From assembly GCA_016196625.1 (NCBI GenBank), contig JACPXH010000006.1, forward strand, positions 32,660 through 96,659: DNA of 64,000 nucleotides, in the 5' to 3' direction. A program made the position numbers and the translations under genes. The notes below the pieces were generated by a model. That model worked only from the letters and a program-made list of their open reading frames with translations. It made no database searches and was not told where the DNA came from. This stretch comes from Candidatus Parcubacteria bacterium. GTDB lineage: Bacteria > Patescibacteriota > Minisyncoccia > JACPXH01. This document shows positions 1-8,477 of this stretch, piece by piece; position 1 is the stretch's first letter; each line of letters opens with the position of its first letter.

Positions 1-654
1 CTCCGATGGTTCAGTCGTGGTTGACCTAGGTGGCTTGACCGTGGCCACATCTGGCTTCGGCGTCAGATCTGCGGGTTCGATGAGCTCATAGCGCTCATTC
101 CTCTTTTGCCCTCTAGTCGGCTTGAACCAGTCGGGGTAGGCCTTGAATATCCGCGAGACCGCGCGGCGATGATGCTCTCCTTCCCAGCTAAGAAGCCCGC
201 AGACCTCCATGTTGGTCAGCGGCTTCCTCGCCTCTCGCAGAACCCGCTTCATGGGTGGGATCCGGTCTTCGTCCCGGATGATCGTTTTTTTAAGTTCATC
301 CATCCCCATTCCCTCCTGCTGGCATTGCCAGCGCAACTGCTCGAGTTTACACCATGCCGCCACCTGTTCCGGCGTCGCTTCTTCGACTGGTGGCAGAGAA
401 GAGCGGTACTTCGGTTTGGGCCTGCGCCGTGGCGAAATCAGCGCCCTCCTGATTTCGGGAACGGCCAAACCCTGGCGCCGGGCCGTTCGCAGTGCTTGGG
501 CTTGATAGTTTCGGAAAGCCCGCGTGCCCGACAGGTTGTTCGGCACCCGGAGTATTTCTTGGCCGATCCGCCAGCACTCGTGTTTGGTGTCGCGTTCTGT
601 CTGAACGGCGCCAATTTTCTCAAGGAACTTTTTAAAGTCAGCTTTCTCGCTCAT
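1..654 (-). CDS. hypothetical protein (N-terminus at 654; C-terminus runs off window start)
   Basis: Hand reverse-complement translation gives an uninterrupted frame from ATG 652-654 to position 1 (MSEKADFKKFLEKIGAVQTERD...), with balanced amino-acid composition. The overlapping + strand ORF 106..717 is R/P/L-rich and looks like antisense. It is absent from the ORF track, probably because it is truncated by the window edge. Confidence 0.4.
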   Translation of the reverse strand, partial: MSEKADFKKFLEKIGAVQTERDTKHECWRIGQEILRVPNNLSGTRAFRNYQAQALRTARRQGLAVPEIRRALISPRRRPKPKYRSSLPPVEEATPEQVAAWCKLEQLRWQCQQEGMGMDELKKTIIRDEDRIPPMKRVLREARKPLTNMEVCGLLSWEGEHHRRAVSRIFKAYPDWFKPTRGQKRNERYELIEPADLTPKPDVATVKPPRSTTTEPSE

Positions 655-685
655 GTCCCGTCACCTCTTCGTAGATTGCCATTTG

Positions 686-1709
686 AATCCGGACACTTTG
701 GTATCGTGAGAACATGAGAAAAAAAGAACCGCAGCCACCTCTCGGCTGCGGAACGGGTAGAGATTGCGTATCTCCACGGGCGGGGATACTCGGGACGGGC
801 CGTCGCACGCGCTCTGGGTCGCGGGAAGTCATCCATTGCGGATGAGCTGGTACGGAACCGCGTGCGCGGGCGCTATGACTCCCGCAAGGCCCACCACAAA
901 GCGTATGTCAGGAGAAAATACGGCAAATATCAGGGGATGCGCATCGTGCACCACCCGTCTCTCCGGGACTTCGTGGAGCGGATGCTCATGGACGACCTTT
1001 CCCCGGAAGCCGTGGCAGGGCGGCTTCGCCATTGCCCCCCGCTTCCCCGCGTCTCCGCGCGCACCATCCGCCGCTTTCTCGCGAGCGTCTATGGAAGGAG
1101 GATTGCGGCGCACCGATGGCTCCGGCGGGCACGAAGGAGGCATCGGTACGGGAAGAAAACGCCTCTTCCGCCCCGCACCTTCATAGACCGGAGGCCTGCG
1201 TATATCAATCAACGTCGAAGGGTGGGCGATGGGGAGGCGGACTTCATTGTGTCAGGGAAGTCAGGGAGGGGTATGCTTCTTGTGGTGACGGACCGGAAAA
1301 CAAGAATGACGTTTCTGGAGCGCATCCTTCCCGTCTCCATTCCCCGCATGGAAGGGGCATTCCTTCACATCAAGAGGCGGTTCCCCGAACTCCGCACGCT
1401 CACCACGGACAATGACATTCTCTTCCGGCACCACGAACGGCTTGCCGCCCTCCTCCAGACACGCATCTTCTTCTGCCGTCCGTACCATGCGTGGGAGAAA
1501 GGAACAGTGGAGAATACGAACAAACGGGTGCGGCAAGACATTCCGAAGGGGAGCGACCTCTCCCGCGTTGTTCCCCGCCGCATCCGCGCGCTTGAAGCCA
1601 AGCTCAACCGGAGGCCGATGGCGTGCCTCCGCTACCGGACTCCGACGGAGATGCTCGCACGACATCGTACCCGCAAACAAAAAACGCCCCGATGAGGGGT
1701 GTCCGGATT
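686..1709. mobile_element. IS30-family insertion sequence (approximate ends)
   Basis: An 11 bp terminal inverted repeat, AATCCGGACAC at 686-696 and GTGTCCGGATT at 1699-1709, flanks the IS30 transposase ORF. The ~1.0 kb size is typical of IS30. The ends are approximate. Confidence 0.55.
714..1695 (+). CDS. IS30 family transposase, interrupted by a 1-nt frame change in an A7 tract (719-725)
   Basis: The 277 aa ORF 862..1695 carries the IS30 DDE signature (TTDNDILF ... YHAWEKGTVENTNKRVRQDIPKGSDLS). Its frame extends upstream to 718 without a start codon and encodes the HTH (LSAAERVEIAYLHGRGYSGRAVARALGRGKSSIADELVRNR). The ATG at 714 is in the other frame (MRKK...). Removing one A from the A7 run gives a continuous ~327 aa protein, MRKKNRSHLSAAERVEIAYLH... 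Confidence 0.8.
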
Positions 1710-1826
1710 GAGGAGTTTGGGTGTCGTTTTGGTTTGCCACTGGTTTTTATCATAGGAACTATTAGTTGTCAATGCTGGGCCAGTGGGGGTAATTCTGTGT
1801 CCAAGATATTTGGTATACTGTAAGCA

Positions 1827-2897
1827 ATGGACTTTTTCCCCATTGGTTTCATCTTAGTCCTTGTGATCCTTGCGGTCGGCTTCTTCATGTTGTTCCGGCG
1901 GCTTTCCCGATTCGAGCAGGGCAGGGCAGCCGACCCGATGCTGCAATTTATGAAAGACGCGCTTGACCGCATTGAGGCGACGCGCCGGGAAATGCAGGGC
2001 ACGTTGAACGAACGATTCGATCAGTCGGCTCGCCTCATGCAGACGCAGTTGGGCGAGAGTGCCAAGATCGTGCGGGACGTTACGGAAAAACTGGTCAAGC
2101 TCGACGAGACTAACCGTCAGGTGGTGAATTTCGCCGATCAGCTTAAAAACCTCCAAGACATTTTGAAAAACCCAAAGCAGCGTGGGGTCTTGGGCGAATA
2201 TTATCTCGAGACCGTGCTCAAGAACGTGCTCCCGCCGGATTCATTTCAGATGCAGTATGCGTTTCGCGACGGCACGATTGTGGATGCGGCCATTTTTGTG
2301 AAAGACAAGATTATTCCGGTTGATTCCAAGTTTTCGCTCGAGAACTATAACCGCATTCTGGAGGCGCGGGAGCCAGCAGAACGCGAGCGGTATGAGAAGG
2401 CATTCCGGCAGGATTTGAAAAACCGGATTGATGAAACCTCCAAGTACGTCAAGCCCTCGGAAGGCACCATGGATTTTGCCTTCATGTTCATTCCGGCCGA
2501 GGCGGTGTTCTACGATCTCTTGGTCAACAAGGTTGGCGTGGTGGAGGGGCAAGACCTCATTGAGTATGCGTTTCGGGAAAGACACGTGATCATTGTTTCG
2601 CCGACCTCGTTCCTTGCGTATCTGCAAACGGTTCTGCAAGGACTCCGGGCGCTCCAAATTGAGGAATCGGCCAAAGAGATTCGGCAACGCGTTGAAGATT
2701 TGGGTCGGCATCTCGCAAGCTACGAGACGTACATGAAGAAATTGGGCGCGCATCTTGGCACGACCGTGAATGCCTACAACGCGGCCTACAAGGAACTCGG
2801 TAAAGTGGATAAGGACGTGCTGCGCATCACGGGGGAAGCCGTCGGCACAGAGCCGATTTCGTTACCGCGGCCGACCGAACAGGAGGATGAATCCTAA
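1827..2897 (+). CDS. rmuC: DNA recombination protein RmuC
   Basis: N-terminal TM helix and coiled coil, then the conserved RmuC core (GVLGEYYLETVL..., DFAFMFIPAEAVFYD). Length 356 aa. Confidence 0.85.
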   Translation: MDFFPIGFILVLVILAVGFFMLFRRLSRFEQGRAADPMLQFMKDALDRIEATRREMQGTLNERFDQSARLMQTQLGESAKIVRDVTEKLVKLDETNRQVVNFADQLKNLQDILKNPKQRGVLGEYYLETVLKNVLPPDSFQMQYAFRDGTIVDAAIFVKDKIIPVDSKFSLENYNRILEAREPAERERYEKAFRQDLKNRIDETSKYVKPSEGTMDFAFMFIPAEAVFYDLLVNKVGVVEGQDLIEYAFRERHVIIVSPTSFLAYLQTVLQGLRALQIEESAKEIRQRVEDLGRHLASYETYMKKLGAHLGTTVNAYNAAYKELGKVDKDVLRITGEAVGTEPISLPRPTEQEDES

Positions 2898-2912
2898 TAG
2901 TGTCGGTGTCTT

Positions 2913-3305
2913 ATGGCTGCGACCGCCCGTCAAGGTTTTCTGGCGACTTTACACGGCTGGTTCGCTTCAAGCTTTTGGCGCCGCCCGGCAGTGCTCTTCG
3001 CGGTTGGCGCGGCGCTGTTCCTCAACCTTGGCACATGGGTTGCGCTCGCTGTGGCCCTGCCCCGGAGTCCGTTTCCGTTTACGCTCCACTACACCGCGGC
3101 TCTCGGTGCTGATTTTTTTGGCACCCGCAGCCAGCTATTCATTGTCCCGGGGATTGGATTCTTGCTTCTGGGGCTCAACATCCTCCTTGCCGCGTGGCTC
3201 TGGAATCGCGAGCGGGCGCTCGCTGCGTTTGTGTTGGGCCTTACGCCGTTTGTGCAGATAGGATTGGCCGCGGGTAGCGTGTTTTTGATACTGGCGAATG
3301 CTTGA
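2913..3305 (+). CDS. hypothetical membrane protein
   Basis: ATG start 16 nt after the rmuC stop. Four predicted hydrophobic helices. No recognisable family. Confidence 0.45.
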   Translation: MAATARQGFLATLHGWFASSFWRRPAVLFAVGAALFLNLGTWVALAVALPRSPFPFTLHYTAALGADFFGTRSQLFIVPGIGFLLLGLNILLAAWLWNRERALAAFVLGLTPFVQIGLAAGSVFLILANA

Positions 3306-3346
3306 TTTAGCCGCGGCTAAATTGATTGTGTAACTGGCGGGCAATC

Positions 3347-3646
3347 TCAACAAGTTGTCACAAGGGTTAGGGTTTTTGATACGTAGTAGAGCGGATTTTC
3401 GAACAATTCCGGTGAGGAAAATCTGAAGCAGAATCCCCTCACGTATTTTTCAAGGTTGATTGACCAATGGTGATGATACATCCTTCGGACAAAGGTGCGG
3501 TAGTTGCCGAAGATTCCTTCCACCTCAGAGGTGTGCCGGAACTCGAACCTGCGGTGAATATCACGGCTGTGCTCGACCGGCCAGATGCGATCAATGCGCT
3601 GGTAGATTCCTGCGCCATCAGTCCAGAGCCGAGAACCAGGTTCCAC
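3347..3646 (-). pseudogene. IS1595-family (ISXO2-like) transposase, C-terminal fragment only
   Basis: 'LWTDGAGIY ... HTSEVEGIFGNYRTFVRRMYHHHWSINLEKYVRGFCFRFS' matches the IS1595 C-terminal region (TDgwkgY ... HTNtIEgfWs.lKR ... YHhvS.khLqrYldEf.fRyN). The N-terminal ~200 aa and terminal repeats were not found, so this is a decayed remnant. Confidence 0.6.
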
Positions 3647-3770
3647 GAATTGGAAGAGAAATGACGCGGCATGCTCCCGCTTGACTTGACTTTTAACTCT
3701 ATAATGATATAACCTTTGTACACCGTATTGTTGGCATGTCTCCCTAAAACTCTAGCCGGAGGAGGGCGCG

Positions 3771-4307
3771 ATGCGAAGGTTACTGAGGTGGGTGGCGGTA
3801 GGGTGTTTCCTGGTAGTGGCAATTGGGGCAGGAGGAGCCCTGTACCTCGCTTACTGGACTCCTTATCCCGAACCGCTGCGCTTCACCCTGCCGGATTTCA
3901 GCGGCAGGGGTGAGACGCAGTATAGGTGGCTTGGGGGTGGGGACTTTCTCCCTAGCGACCTGATAAAGCATGTTAGCTTGGGGGAGTTCACCTCCGCCGC
4001 GGCTAACTGTGCCGGCAAGGTGGTTTTTCTTTACGCCTATCCCCACCACGCGGGGACTGGCGTCTACGTGGAGTACGCCACGGCAGGAGGAGATAAGGGT
4101 TTTGTCTCTGCCTACCAGTTTGTCCCCCATGCGTGGAAAGGCTACAAGGTGGGGGCCGAGATGGCGATGTCTCGGAAGATCAGCTGGGATGGAAGAACGG
4201 TAGTAACCGTTCTTCCGGTTGATGACAGAGTGCTTGTGATGGGGGTATCTGTGATTCCTTTCGCCGTAGGCGGCCTCAGTGCGTTGGTGGCGTATCGAAA
4301 AAAGTGA
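3771..4307 (+). CDS. hypothetical protein with N-terminal TM/signal anchor
   Basis: Strong SD (GGAGGAGGG) 7 nt before the ATG. -35/-10-like TTGACT/TATAAC elements at 3681-3713. Intrinsic terminator immediately downstream. Confidence 0.55.
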   Translation: MRRLLRWVAVGCFLVVAIGAGGALYLAYWTPYPEPLRFTLPDFSGRGETQYRWLGGGDFLPSDLIKHVSLGEFTSAAANCAGKVVFLYAYPHHAGTGVYVEYATAGGDKGFVSAYQFVPHAWKGYKVGAEMAMSRKISWDGRTVVTVLPVDDRVLVMGVSVIPFAVGGLSALVAYRKK

Positions 4308-4372
4308 AGCTCCACGGGCAGAGCCCGTGGCCCTCTGCGACGGTGGGTAGAGCTACCGAGCGCAATCCCACG

Positions 4373-4409
4373 CCCCTCGACCATGCGGTCGAGGGGCCCC
4401 TATTTTTTT
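4373..4409 (+). terminator. rho-independent terminator (CCCCTCGACC-loop-GGTCGAGGGG + T7)
   Basis: Perfect 10 bp GC-rich stem followed by TATTTTTTT. Confidence 0.7.
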
Positions 4410-4448
4410 GTTGACTCGCCTCTTCTTTTTGGCTACGCTGGGTGAGCT

Positions 4449-4766
4449 ATGTTGGCCATTATTCAAACCGGCGGTAAGCAATATCTGGTTGAGCCGGGCC
4501 AGAAATTGAAAATCGAAAAGCTCCCCGCCGAAGCGGACAAGGAGGTTGTGTTTGATGAAGTGCTGCTCGTGGCTGACGAAAAGAAGGTGTCGGTGGGGAC
4601 CCCGCACGTCAAAGGCGCCGAGGTTACAGCCAAGGTTGTGCAGCAGGGCCGCGCGAAGAAAGTGATTGTGTTCCATTACCGCGCCAAAACCCGCTACCAC
4701 AAAAAAGCCGGCCATCGGCAGCCGTTCACCGAGGTGGAGATTACGAAAATCAATTCCGGTACATAG
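4449..4766 (+). CDS. rplU: 50S ribosomal protein bL21
   Basis: MLAIIQTGGKQYLVEPGQKLKIEKL... is the canonical bL21 N-terminus. Length 105 aa. Confidence 0.9.
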   Translation: MLAIIQTGGKQYLVEPGQKLKIEKLPAEADKEVVFDEVLLVADEKKVSVGTPHVKGAEVTAKVVQQGRAKKVIVFHYRAKTRYHKKAGHRQPFTEVEITKINSGT

Positions 4767-4775
4767 ACGTACGCC

Positions 4776-4813
4776 CACCATTCTAATGTATTAATACATT
4801 AGAATGGTGGGCG
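4776..4813. repeat. AT-rich perfect palindrome, copy 1 (CCCACCATTCTAATGTATTAATACATTAGAATGGTGGG)
   Basis: The same 24-26 bp core TTCTAATGTATTAATACATTAGAA recurs at 15841-15874 and 40199-40232. All copies are intergenic. Confidence 0.8.
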
Positions 4814-4884
4814 GGGGGTTCTTTGCACTATGGGTCATCGCGGGTTTGGGGTGGACTGAACACGGAACAGAGGAGGTGGACACG

Positions 4885-5373
4885 ATGAGGCAGGAGAATT
4901 TCTTCGAGTGGGTTGGGTTCCGGGACCTCGCCGATCATTGCCTAGACGCGCTCGCGGAGTATGCGCGATCGGGCGAGCTCGCGCCGGAGTGGCGAGCTCC
5001 AATTGAGGAGGCGAGGGAGTTCTGCATTGCTGTGCTTCAGGGCAGGCGCATGCTGGAGACGATGCAGTTTCTGGGGTGGCGGCGAGGGGTTCTCGAGGCC
5101 TGGGAGTGGGCGCACGACGTGATCAAGGTGCTCCGAAAAGAGGAGCATGTCGTGGAGTTCATGGAGGCCGAAGTCAGCCGCTACCTGGCGCTGCTCGATC
5201 TGTTGCTTATCCTGGAGAAGCCCGTGTTCTCGCGTGAGGACAGCGAGGCGCTGACTGTTTTCTTCAAGGCTCTCCGGCAGGTGGCGATGGCAAGGCAGGA
5301 GCGAGAGCGGCAGGAGCGGAACGCCGAACGCGATCCGTTCGGGTCTTGCTATCGTGCCTGCGCGGTGGCGTAA
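4885..5373 (+). CDS. hypothetical protein
   Basis: ATG at 4885 preceded by GAGGAGGTG. The ORF-track start at 4804 overlaps the palindrome and is probably too far upstream. A hairpin terminator follows at 5391-5420. Confidence 0.45.
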   Translation: MRQENFFEWVGFRDLADHCLDALAEYARSGELAPEWRAPIEEAREFCIAVLQGRRMLETMQFLGWRRGVLEAWEWAHDVIKVLRKEEHVVEFMEAEVSRYLALLDLLLILEKPVFSREDSEALTVFFKALRQVAMARQERERQERNAERDPFGSCYRACAVA

Positions 5374-5534
5374 GTGGTGCCGGAGATCTATCAGGGCTGG
5401 AGAGCATGCTCTCCAGCCCTGAACTTTTCCGACAGCAAAGAAAAGGCGCTCCGTCTCGGTACGGGGCGCCTTCCATTTTTGCTGGTTGCTGGTGGTGTGC
5501 AGCCAGCTATTTACGCCCGGCCTGCCTAAGCCGT

Positions 5535-6131
5535 CTAGCGACGGCCGGCCAAGGCCGCCGACAACGTTTCTTCGTCGGCGTACTCTAGGTCCCCGCCCTT
5601 GGGGAGTCCTCGGCCCAGGCGCGTTACGGGAATGTGCAATGACCCAAGCTGACGCTCGAGATAGAGCGCAGTCAGGTCTCCCTCGGTGGTGGGGTTGAAC
5701 GCAAGGACGACCTCGCGAACGTCCTTACCCTTACGGATACGATCAAGAAGCTCGTTGATTCTCACGCGGCGGTTGGCCTCGCGATCTCCGGCTGCGAGCA
5801 GCCCGCCGAGCACGTGGTAGACACCTCTAAACTTTTTGGTTTTTTCAATGGCGATTGCATCAGTTTCTTTTTCGACTGCGGCGATGAGGCCCTGATCGCG
5901 CCTCGGATCATCGCAGACCGAACAGCCCTTGCCGGTCTCGTCCGATGGCAGGAAACATTTTGGGCAGCGGTAGACTTCTGCATCGAGTTTGGCGATTGCT
6001 TCGGCCAGGCTCGCGCGCAGCTCTGTTGGCTGGCGCAAAAGCCAGTACGAGAGCCGGGCCGCAGTGCGCGGGCCGATGGTGGGGAGCTTCATCAGTTCGC
6101 TGATGAGGATTCTGACTGGTTTGGGAAGCAT
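5535..6131 (-). CDS. recR: recombination protein RecR
   Basis: HhH (LISELMKLPTIGPRTAARL), C4 zinc finger (CPKCFLPSDETGKGCSVCDD) and Toprim domain. The start is set at MLPKPV. The 17-aa upstream extension in the ORF track (MLRFARNDE...) is a translation of the hairpin repeat. Confidence 0.9.
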   Translation of the reverse strand: MLPKPVRILISELMKLPTIGPRTAARLSYWLLRQPTELRASLAEAIAKLDAEVYRCPKCFLPSDETGKGCSVCDDPRRDQGLIAAVEKETDAIAIEKTKKFRGVYHVLGGLLAAGDREANRRVRINELLDRIRKGKDVREVVLAFNPTTEGDLTALYLERQLGSLHIPVTRLGRGLPKGGDLEYADEETLSAALAGRR

Positions 6132-6158
6132 GGACGGATTCTTCGAGGCAACAATTTC

Positions 6159-6498
6159 GTCATTGCGAGCGAAGCGAAGCAATCTCGAGGAGATCTTGGT
6201 ATGACGGATTTCTACTTTCGATCAGTGCAATCTTTTTCTGACGTGATCCAGCTTTTATTTTCTTTTCGGCAGATATAGCATCTTCCGCAGTAGGAAATGT
6301 TTCGGAATAGACAAGTTTTCCGATCCGATATTTTATCGTGAACCCGTCAGGGGAGCCATTTCGATGTTCGTGCATCCGTCTCATGATGTCATTCGTCACG
6401 CCAGTATAGAAAACAGTGTTCCGTTTATTCGTAGCGATGTATACGAAATACTCTTTCGGCATGAGATTGCTTCGTCGCTTCGGCTCCTCGCAATGACG
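6159..6498. mobile_element. MITE-like element: ~33 bp inverted repeats (GTCATTGCGAGCGAAGCGAAGCAATCTC / GAGATTGCTTCGTCGCTTCGGCTCCTCGCAATGAC) flanking a GIY-YIG gene
   Basis: The inverted repeats abut both ends of the gene exactly: the stop codon lies inside the left repeat (6160-6162) and the start codon ATG (6460-6462) immediately abuts the right repeat. The same repeat pair recurs without cargo at 12760-12848, 14494-14564, 19278-19355, and in degenerate form at 15924-15978. Confidence 0.65.
6160..6462 (-). CDS. small GIY-YIG nuclease family protein
   Basis: MPKEYFVYIATNKRNTVFYTGVTNDIMRRMHEHRNG is a GIY-YIG domain (100 aa). The C-terminal LEIASLRSQ is encoded by the flanking hairpin repeat. 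Confidence 0.75.
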   Translation of the reverse strand: MPKEYFVYIATNKRNTVFYTGVTNDIMRRMHEHRNGSPDGFTIKYRIGKLVYSETFPTAEDAISAEKKIKAGSRQKKIALIESRNPSYQDLLEIASLRSQ

Positions 6499-6505
6499 CG
6501 ACGGG

Positions 6506-7924
6506 CTATTCCGTCAGCGGCTCTCCCGCGAACTCTCCAATCTCTTCTTCTTTGGCTAAGTTTTTAAAGCTCGTCTGCTGCTCGTTGAAGTAAAGTTCAA
6601 TTCGGCCAATGGGGCCGTTGCGGTGTTTGGCTATGATGATTTCAGCGATGTTCTTTTTTTGCGAGGATTCTTTGTAGCGGTCCTCTCGGTATATGAACAT
6701 GACGACGTCCGCATCCTGTTCAATACTGCCGCTTTCTCTTAAATCCGAAAGTTTCGGCACCGGCGGGTGGCGTTGCTCAACCGCGCGCGAAAGCTGCGAG
6801 ATCGCAAGGATTGGCACATTGAGCTCGCGGGCCAGACCCTTGAGAGCTCGCGAAATTTCTGTAACCTGCTGCACCATGCTGTCGGCGGGCTTTAATGGTT
6901 GGATGAGCTGCAGATAGTCCACTATGAGAAGCCCCAAACTATGTTCAGCTTGGAGGCGCCGACCCATGGTCTTCATTTGGAGCACGTTGATCGAGGCGTT
7001 ATCGTCAACAAAAATAGACGCTTCCGCCAGCACGTCGAAGGCGATACGAATTCGGTCAAAATCAGAATCCGGTCCGTCATAGGACAGGCGGCCGGTGCGG
7101 AGCTTCCAGGTGTCCACGTGCGCTTCGGCCGCAATGAGGCGATCCACTAGGGATTCCCGGCTCATCTCAAGCGAGAAGATTCCGACTGTCACTTTTTCGT
7201 GAATGGCCGCATGTCGGGCTATGTCTAGGGCGAGCGACGTTTTGCCGAGGCTCGGGCGGGCAGCCAGCACAACCAGGTCTGATTTCTGAAGGCCGGCCAA
7301 GAGGTTGTCGAGATCGGTAAAGCCAGTGGGTGTGCCCCGCAGCGCGCCGTCGCCTTTGTGCAGGCGATCAATGCGCTCGAAGGCGTCAGCAAGCTGGCTG
7401 CGGATCGGGGTGAATTCTTGGGCGAGCGACTGCTGGGAAATCTTGAACACCCGCTGCTCAACGCTGTCGAGCATCTCGTCTATGTCTTCGGTTTCCTGAA
7501 AAGCCTTTTCGGCGATGTCGTAGGAGGTGGATATTAGTTCGCGCAGCGTATGCTTTTTGCGGACGATCTTGGCGTAGTGAACGATGTTGGCCGCGGTCCC
7601 GACGGAGTTGACCAGGGTCGCGAGGTAGCTTGCGCCGCCGATGTCTTCGAGCTTTCCTTTTTCGCGCAGCCGGTTGGTGGTCGCGAGCACGTCAGTGGGT
7701 TCATTTTTGGCGAATAACTCCAGCATGGCCGCGTAGATGGTCTGATGGCTGCCGCGGTAGAACATTCTGGGGTCGAGCAAGACGTCTGAAATCTTGTGAA
7801 TAGCGTCTCGATCTATCATCAAAGCGCCCAGCACCGACTGCTCGGCTTCGATGGCCTGCGGCGGCAGGCGGTCCGGCGCCTGCGAGGTGATGACCGCGCC
7901 GATCGGTTTGGGTGTTTCAGCCAT
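6506..7924 (-). CDS. dnaB: replicative DNA helicase DnaB
   Basis: DnaB N-terminal domain (QAIEAEQSVLGALM), Walker A (ARPSLGKTSLAL) and RecA-like core. Start set at MAETPKP (7924). The track's longer ORF to 8152 adds a non-homologous extension. Confidence 0.9.
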   Translation of the reverse strand: MAETPKPIGAVITSQAPDRLPPQAIEAEQSVLGALMIDRDAIHKISDVLLDPRMFYRGSHQTIYAAMLELFAKNEPTDVLATTNRLREKGKLEDIGGASYLATLVNSVGTAANIVHYAKIVRKKHTLRELISTSYDIAEKAFQETEDIDEMLDSVEQRVFKISQQSLAQEFTPIRSQLADAFERIDRLHKGDGALRGTPTGFTDLDNLLAGLQKSDLVVLAARPSLGKTSLALDIARHAAIHEKVTVGIFSLEMSRESLVDRLIAAEAHVDTWKLRTGRLSYDGPDSDFDRIRIAFDVLAEASIFVDDNASINVLQMKTMGRRLQAEHSLGLLIVDYLQLIQPLKPADSMVQQVTEISRALKGLARELNVPILAISQLSRAVEQRHPPVPKLSDLRESGSIEQDADVVMFIYREDRYKESSQKKNIAEIIIAKHRNGPIGRIELYFNEQQTSFKNLAKEEEIGEFAGEPLTE

Positions 7925-8075
7925 GTCGGAAATTATATATCGGTTATGGCACAGCCCGAAGGGCCGGGGAAGGGGATAAGTTGTGAGGAAGCTGGGACGG
8001 CGTTGACTAAATTTTGTGTTTGTGATACCGTAGCAAAAAGTAATCCAGGAAACGCTGGAAAGGACGATGTGGGCG

Positions 8076-8477
8076 ATGACGCTAGAGATGAAAAAGCGGT
8101 TGCGTAGTTTCGGGGTGTATGTGGTGAGGGGGATGGGCGTAGATCCGGCCACAGGAGCTTTGTTCAGTTACCCGTTCGTTGCTCTTTACCATGATACCGA
8201 AATGCCGACCGGGGAGGAGGTTGGGTTGCTTGAAGAAGCGGTGCGCATGCGTGCCAGGCGCTTCTTGCCCGGGGAGGTTCGTGGTTTCACCGCGAGGGAG
8301 CGAACACCGCAATCTTCCGGAAGATCGGCGGCGGACGGTGGACGTTCCGTAAACTCACGTGGACCGTGGGCCCCACGTGGTATTCGAAGCCGGGGGCACT
8401 CCGGGAGATCATCGCGGAGGCGATACGGTAGCGAGGCCTCGCGCGCCGAGGCAGGAGGGAAAAGATGGCGAACGTGA
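8076..8477 (+). CDS. hypothetical protein (C-terminal third R/S-rich, possibly mis-framed)
   Basis: ATG with an upstream GGA-rich spacer. The N-terminal 75 aa look protein-like. The remainder is low complexity. Confidence 0.3.
   Translation: MTLEMKKRLRSFGVYVVRGMGVDPATGALFSYPFVALYHDTEMPTGEEVGLLEEAVRMRARRFLPGEVRGFTARERTPQSSGRSAADGGRSVNSRGPWAPRGIRSRGHSGRSSRRRYGSEASRAEAGGKRWRT

Noticed and set aside
106-717. 203-aa + strand ORF at the window start
   Set aside because: Its composition is R/P/L-rich with no SD, and it exactly overlaps a clean minus-strand frame running from 654 to the window edge. In GC-rich DNA, long antisense ORFs are expected. I kept the minus-strand gene instead.
3681-3713. 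Assigning a precise -35/-10 to the TTGACTTGAC...TATAAT...TATAAC region upstream of ORF 3771
   Set aside because: Several overlapping hexamer combinations give 13, 16 or 17 bp spacers. The region is promoter-like, but I cannot pick the functional pair from sequence alone.
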